Source of the DNA: Octopus vulgaris
Taxonomy: Eukaryota
Assembly (NCBI GenBank): GCA_951406725.2
Contig: OX597819.1
Span: forward strand, 86,242,001-86,306,000
Direction: 5' to 3'
DNA: 64,000 nt
The notes below the pieces were generated by a model, which was not told where the DNA came from, made no database searches, and saw only the letters and a program-made list of their open reading frames with translations. Both the position numbers and the translations under genes were made by a program. This document shows, piece after piece, positions 39,024 to 52,575 of the stretch (within the stretch, counting starts at the first letter, position 1; each line of letters begins with the position of its first letter).

Positions 39024-39557
39024 CTGGAAAAGAAATGTAATTAAATTTATATATTTAATTTTCAATTTTATATAATTAAAAAAAAATAGTTCGCAATTTT
39101 TTTGAAGAGTCCTTATATGGAGATACATTTTATATTTCGGGGTGAAGATTATATATAATTAAATGTAAGAGAAGGAACTACTTATGAAAAACAATATATT
39201 TTGCTTGAAAAGGTGAATTAACAGAACCATTACAATTCCGTTCTATAAAAGTTTGTGTATTCTGTGAATATCTATAAGCTAACACACACACATCGTTTTG
39301 AAATTTGGTTTGCAAGATTCTTTATGTGAGTTCGTGTGTTGAAGCATACTTTGTCTGGGGAGAGTCATTCTCTTTTAGTGCCTTATTATTTAACACAATC
39401 CCTGGTAAATTTCCACTCAGTTACCTATTATTTTTTCTAAAATTTTCGTTGCGTCTTGCACACATTTCAATAGTAATTGACTCTGTCCGTTATCTGAGCT
39501 GCTTTCTTTGTGATTGTTTGTGCGCATGTGTGTGGGTCAGTATGCGTGCGCATACAC

Positions 39558-39592
<35 letters not shown>

Positions 39593-40697
39593 TGTATGTA
39601 TGTATGTATGTATGTATGTATGTATGTATGTATGCATGTATGTGTGTTTATGCATGTATGCGTGTGTGTTATGCATGTATGCGCGCGTGTGTGTGTGTAT
39701 GCATATATGTATGTATATGTGTACGTTTGTTTGTATGTATTCTGCATACCCATGTGTTTGAGTGTTTGTGTTTCTATGTATCTGTCCGCTTGTGCGTGCA
39801 TGTCTGAGTGTGTCTGTGTATGGGTTTTGTGATTATGTACTGCTTCTTTTATGTATGGATGTGTCTCCATGTGTCCTTGTGTGAAGTGTATGTGTGAATG
39901 TGGTCACGTGTTTGTTTTCATTTGCGTATGTATGTGTGTATGTGTGCTTGTCTGTTCATATTACCTATGCACCTATCTATCTCTATGTCTATCTGTTTAC
40001 ATTCATATCCATTTACCTACATACATATGCATATCCATATACATATACGTACACATATACATATATAATTTTGTACATTTAAACAAGTTGATCAATAGTT
40101 TTTTATATTTTAACTGTTATGAACATTTAAACTTGTCAACATTGAAACATTTAAACATATTTTTCTAATTTATAATTCTAAATTTCTCTGTTACGAATAT
40201 TTAAACTGCTCAACATTGACACATTTAAATATGTTCTTGTAATTGATACTTCTAAATTTTTACCATTAGGTATGTGTGAAAATAAATGCATTTTAAAACA
40301 AGTACAAGATTTTCAAATTTAGATACATTTATTTGTTATGTAATATTGCATTTAAGTAAATACTTTTAATAATAATTGAAACTTTGGCTAATTCTATAAA
40401 TGAATGTAATATTAAATATATATATAAATTGTATTAATTATATAATAAGTTTAACTAATTTGTGTGTATATAATTGAACAAATTTTCTATTTTTAATTCT
40501 TGTAGTCATAGTTTGTAGTAGTATTATGTATAAAAGTTAGCATGAATTTTTTTAGTATATATTTCTTAATTAGAATAAGATTAAACTTTGATGTTTATTA
40601 AATAAATAAATTAATTAATAATTTAAGGTATATAGATTAAATTATAGCATTTTAGCTTCACCTATTGTATATTATTTATTATACACACACACACACC

Positions 40698-40728
<31 letters not shown>

Positions 40729-41076
40729 TTGTTTTAATTACTTGTATTTTAATTTTCCAGTAATGACATTTTTTCTTCTATAAGCTAAAATATATTTTCA
40801 TAGATAAAATAAATATTTATATCTTTGTATTCCAGTTTTATTTACGCCTCGTGTTTAACGAGATAAATTTATTATAAGCAATAAGTTATACGTATTATGT
40901 TTATAAATTTAGTTAAAAGAATATATTTGATATGATATTTCATGTTTTCATTTTAATATATATAGTTGAATTTTGTTCGATTTTTTTATTGAAAAATTAC
41001 GTATTTTCCGATATACTTATATTTTCTTATAAAATAATATACGTACATTTCTTTAATTATTTTATTGTTTTTATCT

Positions 41077-41163
41077 TAGACCTGATGAGTGACTGTATTT
41101 AAATTGAATTGATTTTACTGCTATCAGTTTGAAAATATAGCCACGAAATACGTGTATAGTCTA
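41077..41163 (+). ncRNA. Type I hammerhead ribozyme with extended stem II, intact core
   Basis: tagac CTGATGA gtgactgtattt..aaatatagccac GAAA tacgtgta TA gtcta. Confidence 0.85.
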
Positions 41164-41332
41164 TTTACTAATTATATACTGTTTATTTATTATTTCGTAC
41201 TTTATTTCATTCTAGGTAAATGTTTTATCGTATCTTTAATTTTTTCTATATGGTATGATTTAATTATATCATTGTTGAATTGCTACACGGTGTTTCTTCT
41301 CTAATTTATCTATATATAAATGAAGTTATTTA

Positions 41333-41713
41333 TCTATATGTATATAAAGTTGTCTGTGTGTGGCAGGTTTGGTAACCTTCAACTCACACTATCTCCTCCG
41401 AGACCCTTCGATGCATGTTGACCAAAATTGAGAGTATGATAGAAGAAGGCTTGCTCTTTATTCCGTAGAAGATAAAATTCAAATCGGACCATGTTAAGAC
41501 CAAAAATTATTTACATCAAAAAGGTGCTTTTTTCTATGAAAATCCCTATTTTTTACGATTTTTTGACTGCTGTGTCGGCATTTTTTGGTGTATTTTAACA
41601 AGCAAAATGTTCACAAGAGAATGACAAGCTACATAAGGCAACATTTTTGCGTTTGAAAAATTCCAATTCTAAAGGGTCGAAACAAACCCGAGCAACGCCA
41701 GGCGATACTGCTA

Positions 41714-41714
<1 letters not shown>
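41333..41714 (+). mobile_element. Non-autonomous Helitron
   Basis: A|TCtatat.. 5' end (alternative start at 41309); 3' hairpin cccgagcaacgccagg followed by CTAG|T. Confidence 0.75.
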
Positions 41715-41767
<53 letters not shown>

Positions 41768-44279
41768 GTGTGTGTGATTGTGTATAGAAGAATATATTAA
41801 TAAAAAGGAATTCCAACCTTGTCTGATTTTCACGTTTTATTTACAATCTTATAATGATATATTATAAGATAATATATTATAAGATAATATATTATAATTG
41901 AATAAAATAAAATGAAATAGTAGAATGTTACTTCTTCGCTAACAAAAGTAATGAGATTGATGAATCCCTAGTAAGGAATAAATCAAATTTCACCCCACCA
42001 AAAGGAAGAAATAACTACCTTGACCAATACATTGATATCCTGTCTAAATTTCCCCTTAAACGCAATACCAATGTTAGGCCAAACATTAGCAAATCAGAGA
42101 TGTCTGCATGTAAACGTATACAAAACGATCAAACAATAATAATTAAACAAGCAGATAAAGGTGGTGCAATTGTTATGGATACCGAATACTATAAGGATTT
42201 GGTTGAAGACCAACTGAAGGATACAACCTTCTATTGTGAAATACCCGCAAATATAGACCACCACATCATGAAAAAGATCAACAACCTGATCTCAACACAC
42301 ACCACAACTCACTTACGGATAATGAAAAAGACTACATCACCAATTTCGAACCAAAACCCAGCAACTTCTACGGCTTACCAAAAATACACAAATCAAAAAA
42401 TATCCAACAGGCAGTAAAAGAACAAGAAAGTGAGTACATAAAATTACTACATCCAAAAGACCTAAAACTTAGACCTATTATAGCTGGTCCAGCATGCCCT
42501 ACACACCGTCTAAGCAATTTTATTGACATTGTTTTGAAACCACTATGTACTTACATACCCAGTTTCATCAGGGATGACATCGACTTCCTGTCCCATCTTC
42601 CCAAAACAACAGAAACAAATTCAGTTTTACTAAGTTTTGATGTGGTAAGCCTCTACACCAATATTCCACACGATTTAGGAATAAAGGCGATTAAATACTG
42701 GTTAGAAAAACATAGAGAAGTGATTCCCAGCAGATTCACAGTGCCATTTATATTAGACACAGTCAAACTTATTCTAGAAAATAACACATTCTTCTTCAAT
42801 GGAAAGAATTACATCCAAATTAGAGGCACGGCGATGGGAACGAGGTTTGCTCCCGTTTACGCCAACTCTGTAATGGGATACTTAGAACAACAACTCTACC
42901 AAGAGATGGAGGTAATCTATGGCACTGGATTTAGAAAGTATATTGAAAAGGCATGGAAGAGATACCTAGACGACTGCTTCATAATCTGGACAGAATCTCT
43001 AAATACTCTGGAAGAGTTCAATATCCTCCTGAACAACCTACACCCATCTCTCCAATTTACAAAGGAGATGAGTAGTACCAAATTACCATTCCTAGATATA
43101 ATGGTAATTAAAAAAGACACCACCATCACCACAGATATATACTATAAACACACAGACACACATCAATACCTAAATTTTAAGTCGTGCCATCCACCACATA
43201 CAAAACGTAACATCCCATACTGCCTAGCCAGAAGAATTTGTACCATTGTAGAAGATGCAAATATCAGGAACAAACGCCTAATAGAACTAAGAGAATTTTT
43301 GCTCAAACAAAAATACCCATCTCTACTTATAGAAAATGGCATACAGCGGGCTATAAAAATACCCATACAACAACTTAGGACAACCCAAGGAAGAGGAAAA
43401 CAAGAACAAGTCATACCATTCATAGTGACACACAACCCATGTCACCAGAATATCTTCAACATTGCCAAAGCAAACCTACCAATCATTGCCCAAAGTAATG
43501 AATAAAAGACATAATCACGGATCGAGCTATGGTGCTTAGTAAAAGACAGCCTAAAAACTTGAAAACATTACTAACAAAGGCAAAATTTGACCTTAGCAAC
43601 AAAGACCAAACATTCACGGTATCTAAATGCAATGATAGCCGATGTGGCACATGCCAATTCATACATACCGGTCAATATATAAACACAAAAACCGGGAAAA
43701 TATTCACAAACGCGAATATGAACTGCAAAAGCAGAAATTTAATTTACTGCATCAAATGCCCAAATTGTGAAGAAATATATGTAGGTCAGACGGGAAACGC
43801 ACTATTAGAACGCTCACGTGTACACCGGCAACAGATTAGAGACCCAGAGGTCCGTCAGATACCTTTGAGTAACCACCTAGCAACATGTGGCCGGAAAATG
43901 TATATAATATTTCCGTTCTACAAATTACACAGCCCAAGTGAAATCGAGAGGAGAATCAGAGAAAATAATTTTATTGATAAATTCGAACCCAAGCTAAATA
44001 AGCAATAATTATAATACTTAGAGGTACTACTTCCACTGCTACGACCATGACCACTAACAACAACAACAATACTAAAGGTGATCAAGATGAAGATAGCAGG
44101 AAAAGTATCTTATTTAGGGTTAAAAGTTCTATTGCCACCACCATCACCACTAGCAACAATAATTAAGGTGCTGACAATGATGATGATGACAATTGAAATA
44201 TAAAAATATAAAAATCTCTGACAAAGGATATTTACAACATTTCTAAAAATAACTCTTGACATGTCCAACAAAGCGTGAT

Positions 44280-44402
44280 GCCTAAACCAATCAGCTCAAC
44301 CAACTAATCAGCTTAAGTAATTGAGTGATACTACACACTGATTGGTCAGAATATAGTTTGCAAAACCTAGCACTCTGGAGCCTACCCAGCTGTATTTATA
44401 GC
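44280..44402 (+). promoter_or_regulatory. Putative pLTR promoter (CCAAT boxes and TATA-like tatttata)
   Basis: ccaatcag near 44287, ctgattgg near 44338, tatttata at 44393-44400, about 65 nt upstream of the HHR. Confidence 0.45.
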
Positions 44403-44463
44403 ACAGAATCAATCATCTTGCTACAGTCAAAAATTGTGAAGCATGACTGTCACCACTACTACA

Positions 44464-44508
44464 TGAACCCGAAGATTGCAGAATTCAATGCATGAAAGTA
44501 CTAGTTCA
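44464..44508 (+). ncRNA. Minimal type I hammerhead motif in the PLE pLTR (U4C variant)
   Basis: tgaac CCGAAGA t-tgca-gaattcaa-tgca-t GAAA gtac TA gttca; palindromic AGTACT stem III. Confidence 0.8.
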
Positions 44509-44662
44509 ATCAGAATGAACATTTAACATTCTACTATTTCATTTTATTTTATTCAATTATAATATATTATCTTATAATATATCATTATAAGATTGTAAAT
44601 AAAACGTGAAAATCAGACAAGGTTGGAATTCCTTTTTATTAATATATATACATATATATATG

Positions 44663-44717
<55 letters not shown>

Positions 44718-45541
44718 GAAAAATATAAAGTATGTTAGTGATTATTGTCTGGGAGGGATTTAGTTAATGTTCGTTAGAATATTGTTTTCTAACATCGGAG
44801 CACATTATAGAATGGTTCTAGGCAATTGAATAGATGCATTTTATGACTGGTTATGCGGAATGTCAAACTGACAACAAAGTGGAAAAGACGGGATCTACAA
44901 ATGGCCGAGCATTTTACTTGTCTTCAATTATGTTGCTAATAACAAATTCATTTTTATACGTTATGTCCATTATTGTTGAGAAAGAATTTAGACGCTTTAC
45001 TTGGCCTCAGATAGAGCAAACCAAGACGTTTCTATGTGATTGCTCCCTCATATCACGCTCTGTCGCGACGTTTGATAAATGTCAATAATATACTTATTAT
45101 ATGCCTGATAAGATAGAATCGGAACACTTGCGATCAGCACCACTTTGATAGGATTATGGTCCCTCACCAACACTTCCAACAGACGCAGCAATGAATGTGA
45201 ACTGTTAAATTTATTTATTGGCTGTTAGCAATAGTATATAGTGATTAACTTGGTGCCCTGGACCTATGACGATCTCGTTCAATAGATTATGCTTTAAAAC
45301 CACGCAAATTGTGGTGATTAACCTATTTGGTAGGAGCTAATTCTGGAGTGCTAAACAATGATAACAACAATAACCTGTAGCTATTCTATTGTCTCCGCAA
45401 TGTTGACAGTGCAATTAAGTATCAGAATACCGAGGAATAAAAGTAAAATATTTTATGTTTCTCACCGAATTCACACACACGACAGATAAAAAACGAATGC
45501 AAATTTATTTGAAAATTATGTTTTTGAAGTTTTCTCATTAC

Positions 45542-45696
45542 CTTTGCTCATGTAGACAATTCTTTTTCCTGGTTTTTCCCGATCAGATTCATCTATCCAA
45601 TATTGATCATTATCTGCAATTTGTTTCCCACTTTCCCGCCAAATATATTTCTCAGAATCATTCGGATCAACCATACCGTCAGTATACCATACATTT
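45542..45696 (-). CDS. Cont: Contactin-like exon 4, CTLD (NVWYTDG..YIWRESG..YW..RIVYMSK)
   Basis: ttttctccatag| acceptor, AG|GTAAT donor; WYTxG and xW motifs; phase 2->1. Confidence 0.9.
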
Positions 45697-46320
45697 CTAT
45701 GGAGAAAAAGGGTTGACCTTGTTTATTTAACAACAAATTGTGTCATGCTCTTTCCTTTCTTACAATCATCTTTACATTTTAGAAAAATATAAGTGTTCTC
45801 TCAATTAAAAAGGCTTATGAAAAAGCTTCAAAATATCCATTAATTCATTTTGCTCTCTTTCGTGTTCAAGCTAATTATTGAGGTTTGAAATAATACAAAC
45901 TAGTGCAACAAAATATCTTTAAGCAACTTACAAGTAAAATTTTGAAACTTATAAATTTATTTGATTTTGTTTTAAGAGATATCACATTAAAATTTATTAG
46001 CTTTTGATAAGTTGTCAAAAGAATTTAGCTCTATAAATAATTAATTTTTATATACTCCTTGAACGGAACCACATTTCAATGGACTAAAATTACATTCGTA
46101 GTGAAGCGGCAAAAACATTAAGTGTAATCATTGATTCTACTCACAAAAGGCTGGCAAATCAACTTTGGAATATATGATATTTTTTCTGTACAACGTTTTT
46201 GTAAAAAGTATTTGTTGTTTTGTCCATTGTACATTAAAGTGTTGTACTTATATATAGGAGTGCAATTTATCACATATTTTATGAAACATTTTTTAGAAAA
46301 TGATACATTTAATTACTTAC

Positions 46321-46406
46321 TTGCCATAAAACTTAGTTTTCACAAAATTCACGATGAATTTGTGCTCCGTTACATCCTTTACAGTTAGCAAAATTGCTCC
46401 ATTAGT
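46321..46406 (-). CDS. Cont: Contactin-like exon 3, CTLD (TNGAILLTVKDVTEHKFIVNFVKTKFYG)
   Basis: cttacag| acceptor, |GTAAGT donor; GAxL..EHxFI CTLD helix motif; phase 0->2. Confidence 0.9.
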
Positions 46407-46794
46407 CTGTAAGATATTGAGATGAGTGTTTAATCTTCTCCCTTCTTGTATATAAACGTTAGTATTATTAAAATATAAGAATTAAGGATAATTTCATCAT
46501 TAGCAACTGCATATTTAGAAATAGTTCCAAACGGTTTTGATAAGAAGTAGAAAAAAAGTCAGTTGTTTAACTGTATGAAATATGCCTTTATTAAATATAT
46601 CAGGAATGCAGAAAACGTGCCATTAAGATGTTTCAAATTCAAATTTTAATTACCCCTCCCTAAAGTTACAGAGGTCACTTATAATGGATTAAATACAAAA
46701 TTGTGCAAAGTTGTGAATATCATGCCGCATTATAATTTGCAGAATCGGTTACATAAATATTATATTCCTCAGAGTATAATAAAATAATGGATAC

Positions 46795-46833
<39 letters not shown>

Positions 46834-46877
46834 TACATACATACATACATACATACATACATACATACATACATACA

Positions 46878-46942
<65 letters not shown>

Positions 46943-47379
46943 GTATTGTTACGCTATCTTTAAAGGTTGTTGTCTCTGGATAGCTCTGATATTTATATTT
47001 GAACTATTGGGCAGTTAACAATATTCACAAAAATTTATCTTTAAGACATATGAACTAGATAAAAGTTGCATTATTTTTTCTTGGTCGATTTATATATTAA
47101 TCCCTTGTCGATTTATATACCAACCACGTGTAAAAATCGCTGTACATTGTGAGGCTTAGTTCAACAGCGGCTGACGAGATGAATATCCAGTAAAATAACT
47201 TCTGTTTCTTTCTTTCAGTTTGTTTAATTTAGAGAGTTATGCTTTTGACGATTGTCGTGTACTCTCGGGGATCCAGAGTTCATGTGCAACTAGTTACATA
47301 CCAAATTTGGTATGTAAAACAATGTTATCATTCATTTACATCCTGTACTTATTTATAGTATCTTTTACACTTTTCTGTC

Positions 47380-47750
47380 ATAGGATTACGGCCAGCCTGA
47401 TGCACCTCCTTAAAGGGTATTTATTCAAATGAATTGTACCTAGTACTTGTTTCGTTGGAAGTCGTTGAACTTAATCTATCGTCCCTTTTTGCTGAAACAC
47501 TAAGTTACTGAAATGTAAATAAACCAATACCAGTTGTCAAGCAGTGCGTGGAGGGACAAATGCAAGCACAAAGAGAGAAATACACACATATACGACGGAC
47601 CTCTTTCAGTTTCCATCTACCACATCCACACTCAAGGCTTTGGTCGGTCCAAAGATGTAGTAGAAGACACTTACCTAAGGAAAACTGCTATGAGACTAAA
47701 CTCGGATTCATGTAACTGGGAAGCAAAATTCTTACCATAAAGCCTCACGT
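47380..47750 (-). mobile_element. Diverged SINE
   Basis: Reverse complement resembles the 60053 family. Confidence 0.65.
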
Positions 47751-50129
47751 GCGTCTAAAACTTTAATTCACAGAATATTTGACAATGATATGTAGCCGCA
47801 ATAAATGTGTTAGGAATAGAATATTTATTCTACGAATGAATTTTTACTTGTTGCCACCACACTACACTTTCTTTTCAGCTACAGTTTTCCGAGAAGATTA
47901 TAAAGAAATTTTAGCTCTCCCATATACACTGAACCGTTGATAAGGTCATAAATGTTTGATGTGAGGTCTTTTTTTTAGTGTGTTGTTATCTTTTTTATAA
48001 GCAATCATTAAATCAACCCCATCAAAATTCTAACTAAATAAAATTTCTTGTTGAATTCCTAATCTAATGTTATTTTGTTCACTTGTTGTAAGCCTGTCAA
48101 TTTCGCTTTTAATTGTATCATGCATTAACCGCTGATAGGGCTTTTAATCGATTTTACCATTTTGATATTTTTTCAAACTACAAAACTAGAATATGTTTAT
48201 TTCGTATGGAGCTTTCAAATAATCCCTAAAATCATAAGCTTTAATCAGGCATAATAATCCTCCCATTCTATTACCTGAGATATGCGTTTTGAGGGTTGTA
48301 ATCAGTTTTGTGTGGTACCCACTTAAAAGATAACGTCTCTCTCAAATTATAGTAGATTTACCTTTGGACTGTTTCCGTTGTAATGGCGGTTAGTAAATAC
48401 AAAAACCATCCTTTGTATAAATAGACAACTTGTTTATATCGAAGGTATTTCAAAATAAGTAATAAAAGATCTATCGTTCCATCTCTTAGAAATCTTTTTT
48501 CGGCTCATTTCCTCACAAGGAACTCCATATATTCATTTTGATTATTTTTCTTTCGGTAGGTCGATCAGCTAAAGCATTTTCTATAAACACATCATCTAGC
48601 TCTTTCTCTGTTTACATTACGAAGTTTATATTCTCCATAATGACATACTGAAATTGTAACTATACTGTCTCTGTGATGAAAGAACTTCAGTTGCTAATAT
48701 GAAACATCTACATGCATATTTAATAAAGCGAATTGTACAATAACGAACTTCAGTTTCTATAGATCACCTGATGTTGCTTAGCATCATACTTTGTGTGTGT
48801 GTGTTTGCTTATTCGCTCCTAATTACAACGTATTTAATAGTGAGCTTGATAGCCCCAAGATTGTTTTGTTTTAAAATAGCAGCATGACGCATCTTGTAAT
48901 TAATTACTCATCATCATAACCTAATTTTCGGACCTTCGAATTCACACAAGACAGTGTATGAAAAATTTTATCTTCAGGGTTTTCTTAAAAACAAAACATT
49001 AACTTTTATATTATTCAAAACAAAAATCACTTTAACTATTTTCGTTTATTATCTATTCCCCCTTTTATTTTCAATGACAACAGATCGGCTGCAGAATAAA
49101 TATACCCATTAGTATGTATCTAGTTTCAAATAATTAATAAACGCAGGTACATGACCTTACAGTATAACTAGTACTATGTCAAAGTTAATTATGTTCAGAG
49201 AAGTTTGAATGCAAATTCAGTATAAGCTAATACTTGTTTATTTCGCCTGTGTATGTTAGACCGAAATTTTCCTTATCAGAAGTCTGAAACAGTCATTGAT
49301 ATATAATTATAATTGTTGACTGTACAAGGGTGATAATTGAAGCTGTGATAATTATACTTTTCCAAGTGTTTTGACAAAAGTTACTAGAAACACATCCAGA
49401 CTGAGAATTGAAACCGTTTTAAGATGCAAAATATGTTCTACATTAAATGAGCTCTACTTTTCATGAAAGTTCATAATGCAATAAACTAATCTTATAGAAT
49501 AGACTGGATTTGAAACATTTTTTGTTGTTCATATTAATAATTTGAAGCTCGAGTGACAGATGAAAAAATCTTCAGAAACTACTTTAATATAATGATTATC
49601 ACATTTTTTTAAATTTCAAAATTACATAAACACTTTTGTTGCTATCATTGTATTATTCATCACTTGTTTAGAAGTTGTCTCTATCTCGAAAATAAAACAT
49701 CGTGTCTGGCTCTATTTATTTAAAACATCGCGGATAAATATGAAGCGATTTTCAATCATGTTTTCAATAGAAATACAAATCGTTATTAGTTTCATTTGTC
49801 TGATGGTCTGCAAATTAAATGACTACGTCTAGAAAGGTTTCATAAATGATGAAATCATTTTTCGGACAATTACTTTGTTAATTTATTTTTGTTGAAAATA
49901 GTCTGAAATGTTACAAAAGCATTGATAACTCAAAATAATAAAAATGCAGCTATGCAGCTCTGTATTGACTGTTTTGAATAATACAAACATATGCATAAAT
50001 TCATTCACACATACGTATGTGTATGCATGTATGAGTCTTTAGTCATGTGTGTGTCTATCCGTGTATCTGCGCTTGCGGGTGTGTTGCATGTAATTATGTG
50101 TGAGTCAGTATATGTATAAAACACCTCCA

Positions 50130-52080
50130 AAGTCAGTCACATGTCCAGTTGAGAAAGGTGAATATTTGAGAGTCGGGTTAGTAGTGCTGCTCCATAGAAA
50201 TCTTATAGCTACAAAAAAAAACAAGTGAATCCTCATGAATAACTCTGCAGGAGAGAGAAGACAACCGAAAGGTTGTGGTGAAATCGGTAAAGAAACTGGA
50301 GTGTCGATGTTCCGGATTCTGAGTACTAAAACCTCAGCGATGATCCTTATTTTTAAGGTATGAAAATTGCACTAGAATGGAAGAATATGTGCAGCAGCTT
50401 GGAGACTTTTGGAAGTTATCAATAGGTCATATTAGGCCTCAGTAAAATGAAGTGGATAGGAATGACCGAAAAGGTGCAAACGGAGGAAAAACAATAACCT
50501 ATTTTGGTAATGAGGAACAACTCCTCTAGTGAGTTGGAATGGTATTGGACAAAGATAATTTCAGGATATTCATGGTTAGGGGGTAAGTCAGTGATTATAA
50601 CATCGCTGCACGGATGATGCTAAGCAGGATACCTTCTATGAGCAGCTATATGGCACAATCCGTCATGATTTCAATTTACTTTATGATAACTTGAATGTGC
50701 AGATTAGCAGGATGAAACAAGAGACCGAGTGTGTGCTCGGGCCACATGGTGAAGAAACCAATTTGACGTATTTTAGAGACGAAATGATCCATAATAAAAT
50801 ATTGAGATTAAACGATGAGAATATGAACAGTAAATTTACACACGTCTGGATCAGTAGTCGGTGGATGACCGCCTTACAAGATATCCAAGCCTACCGAAAT
50901 GTCAATGCGAGATCAGATAACCAGCTGATGAAGCTGACACTGAATCTTTGCAAGAAGGAAAAAGGTCCCTACCATCTACTCATTTGCTGAGTCGATTCTA
51001 GTAGAGCAATACTATTTGCAGCAGAACTGATTTCAGCTATTGCAACACCAAACGGTGCTGAAATGCAGTGTACTATGTTCAGAACACTAGTAATGCACAA
51101 TCGGCTGCGAAAGTGGGAGAAGGCAGAAACAGTGGATAACCAAAGCATCATGAAACTTAGTTAACCAATCTAGGACTCCTTATAAGAGAATAGGCGACCA
51201 CAAGCATCAGAGGAGACAGGACAAACTACTTCAGAATGCCAGACATTAAATTGCATGCAAAATTGACATAGAGTGGCTGGAGAAAAAAAAGTAAGAAATA
51301 GGTTGCAGGAATAACACAGACATTCTCCTTCTCGTGGATCATTGGCTCCTGCACAATTAGCGCTAGCAACAACGATTGGAGAAATTGTCTCACTGAATCT
51401 TCTGGAAAGATGAAACCTATTAGCTTGCATCAAATGGTGAAATATTGCATTGCTATTTTACAGGAATTTTTTTCTAGATTGGGTTCCTGAGCAGGATTCG
51501 ATAGGACTTTGATGCCACTCTATGAGAAAAACTGCGTGAATAATAAAGATTTTGTTCCAACTACTCTTATACTGTGAAAACTTTCACGTTGAGAAACGTC
51601 ATGCAACAATGAACACATTTCCAATAGACCTTGTTCAAATCGACAAGGATTTGAATAAAGTAATTCATCAAGAACCTTTATAAAAGATGCACCGTGCGTG
51701 TGATATCTATCAACAGTATTTCAATATCTTCACGAATATCTACAAAGATTCCACATGCTGCATGAGGAAAGATACTGGCCAAACTGACAATTTTTGTATC
51801 GCTACTAGTGCCCGTCAAGGCTGCATTCGTTTACTCCTTGTTGACCCGCTAACAGGTTTGAGTTGAAGAAGTTAACAGAAGCATTACAAAATTGTAGTGA
51901 AAGAAGACGGAAAGGCTCTGTGACTCGGCCTTTGGCATTACACTGATAACAGAAGTAACTACCAGGCTAAAAGAATATGCAGGAAAGCTCGTGCTCAAAA
52001 TTCCACAATCCAGCCTTCCATTTCCGTTGGAAGGGTAGGCTATTATCAGTTGGGATGGAATCATATTTCTCGACGTAAAC
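50130..52080 (+). pseudogene. Highly degenerate RTE-like LINE (APE endonuclease and RT remnants)
   Basis: ILGLSKMKWIG near 50430, LQDIQAYR..ARSDNQL, ARQGCI near 51810; many stops. Confidence 0.6.
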
Positions 52081-52429
52081 TAAGGTTTTTTTAACTCTGT
52101 CTCAATGGCCGATACTTAAATATAAATATGTATGTGTTTGTGTGTGTGTGTGTAAGAGGGAGGGAGAGAGAGAGGGAGAGAGAGTTTGTGTGTGTGTGAG
52201 AGAGAGAGAGAGACAAAGAGAGAGAGAGAGAGTTTGTGTGTGTGTCTGTATGTATGTGTGTGCACGCGCGCACTTGTATTTCGGTGTCTCGTTTACGTAC
52301 CATTCTCCTTCAGAATTCTTTCTACTGCCTATTGTTGTCACGAGGATTAGCGAATTTATTTTACATGTCAAAACTCAAGTGTGCATAAGACGGAGAACTT
52401 TCTCGTTTGTTATATATATATACATATAA

Positions 52430-52487
<58 letters not shown>

Positions 52488-52527
52488 ATATTTCGGAATG
52501 GTCATATTGCACAACAAATATTTAAAC

Positions 52528-52575
<48 letters not shown>

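Larger units (their letters stand above)
41792..44647 (+). mobile_element. Penelope-like element, probably Neptune-type: RT plus GIY-YIG, 5'-truncated, with inverted pLTR segments, in a TA-rich site
   Basis: ADKGG, LRPIIAG, FDVVSLYT, GTAMGT, RYLDD, linker CNDSRCGTC, NLIYCIKCPNC..YVGQT; frameshifts near 42300 and 43500; 41792-41930 is the reverse complement of 44524-44647. Confidence 0.93.

Noticed and set aside
40120-40270. About 75-bp imperfect tandem duplication
   Set aside because: AT-rich local duplication with no further structure
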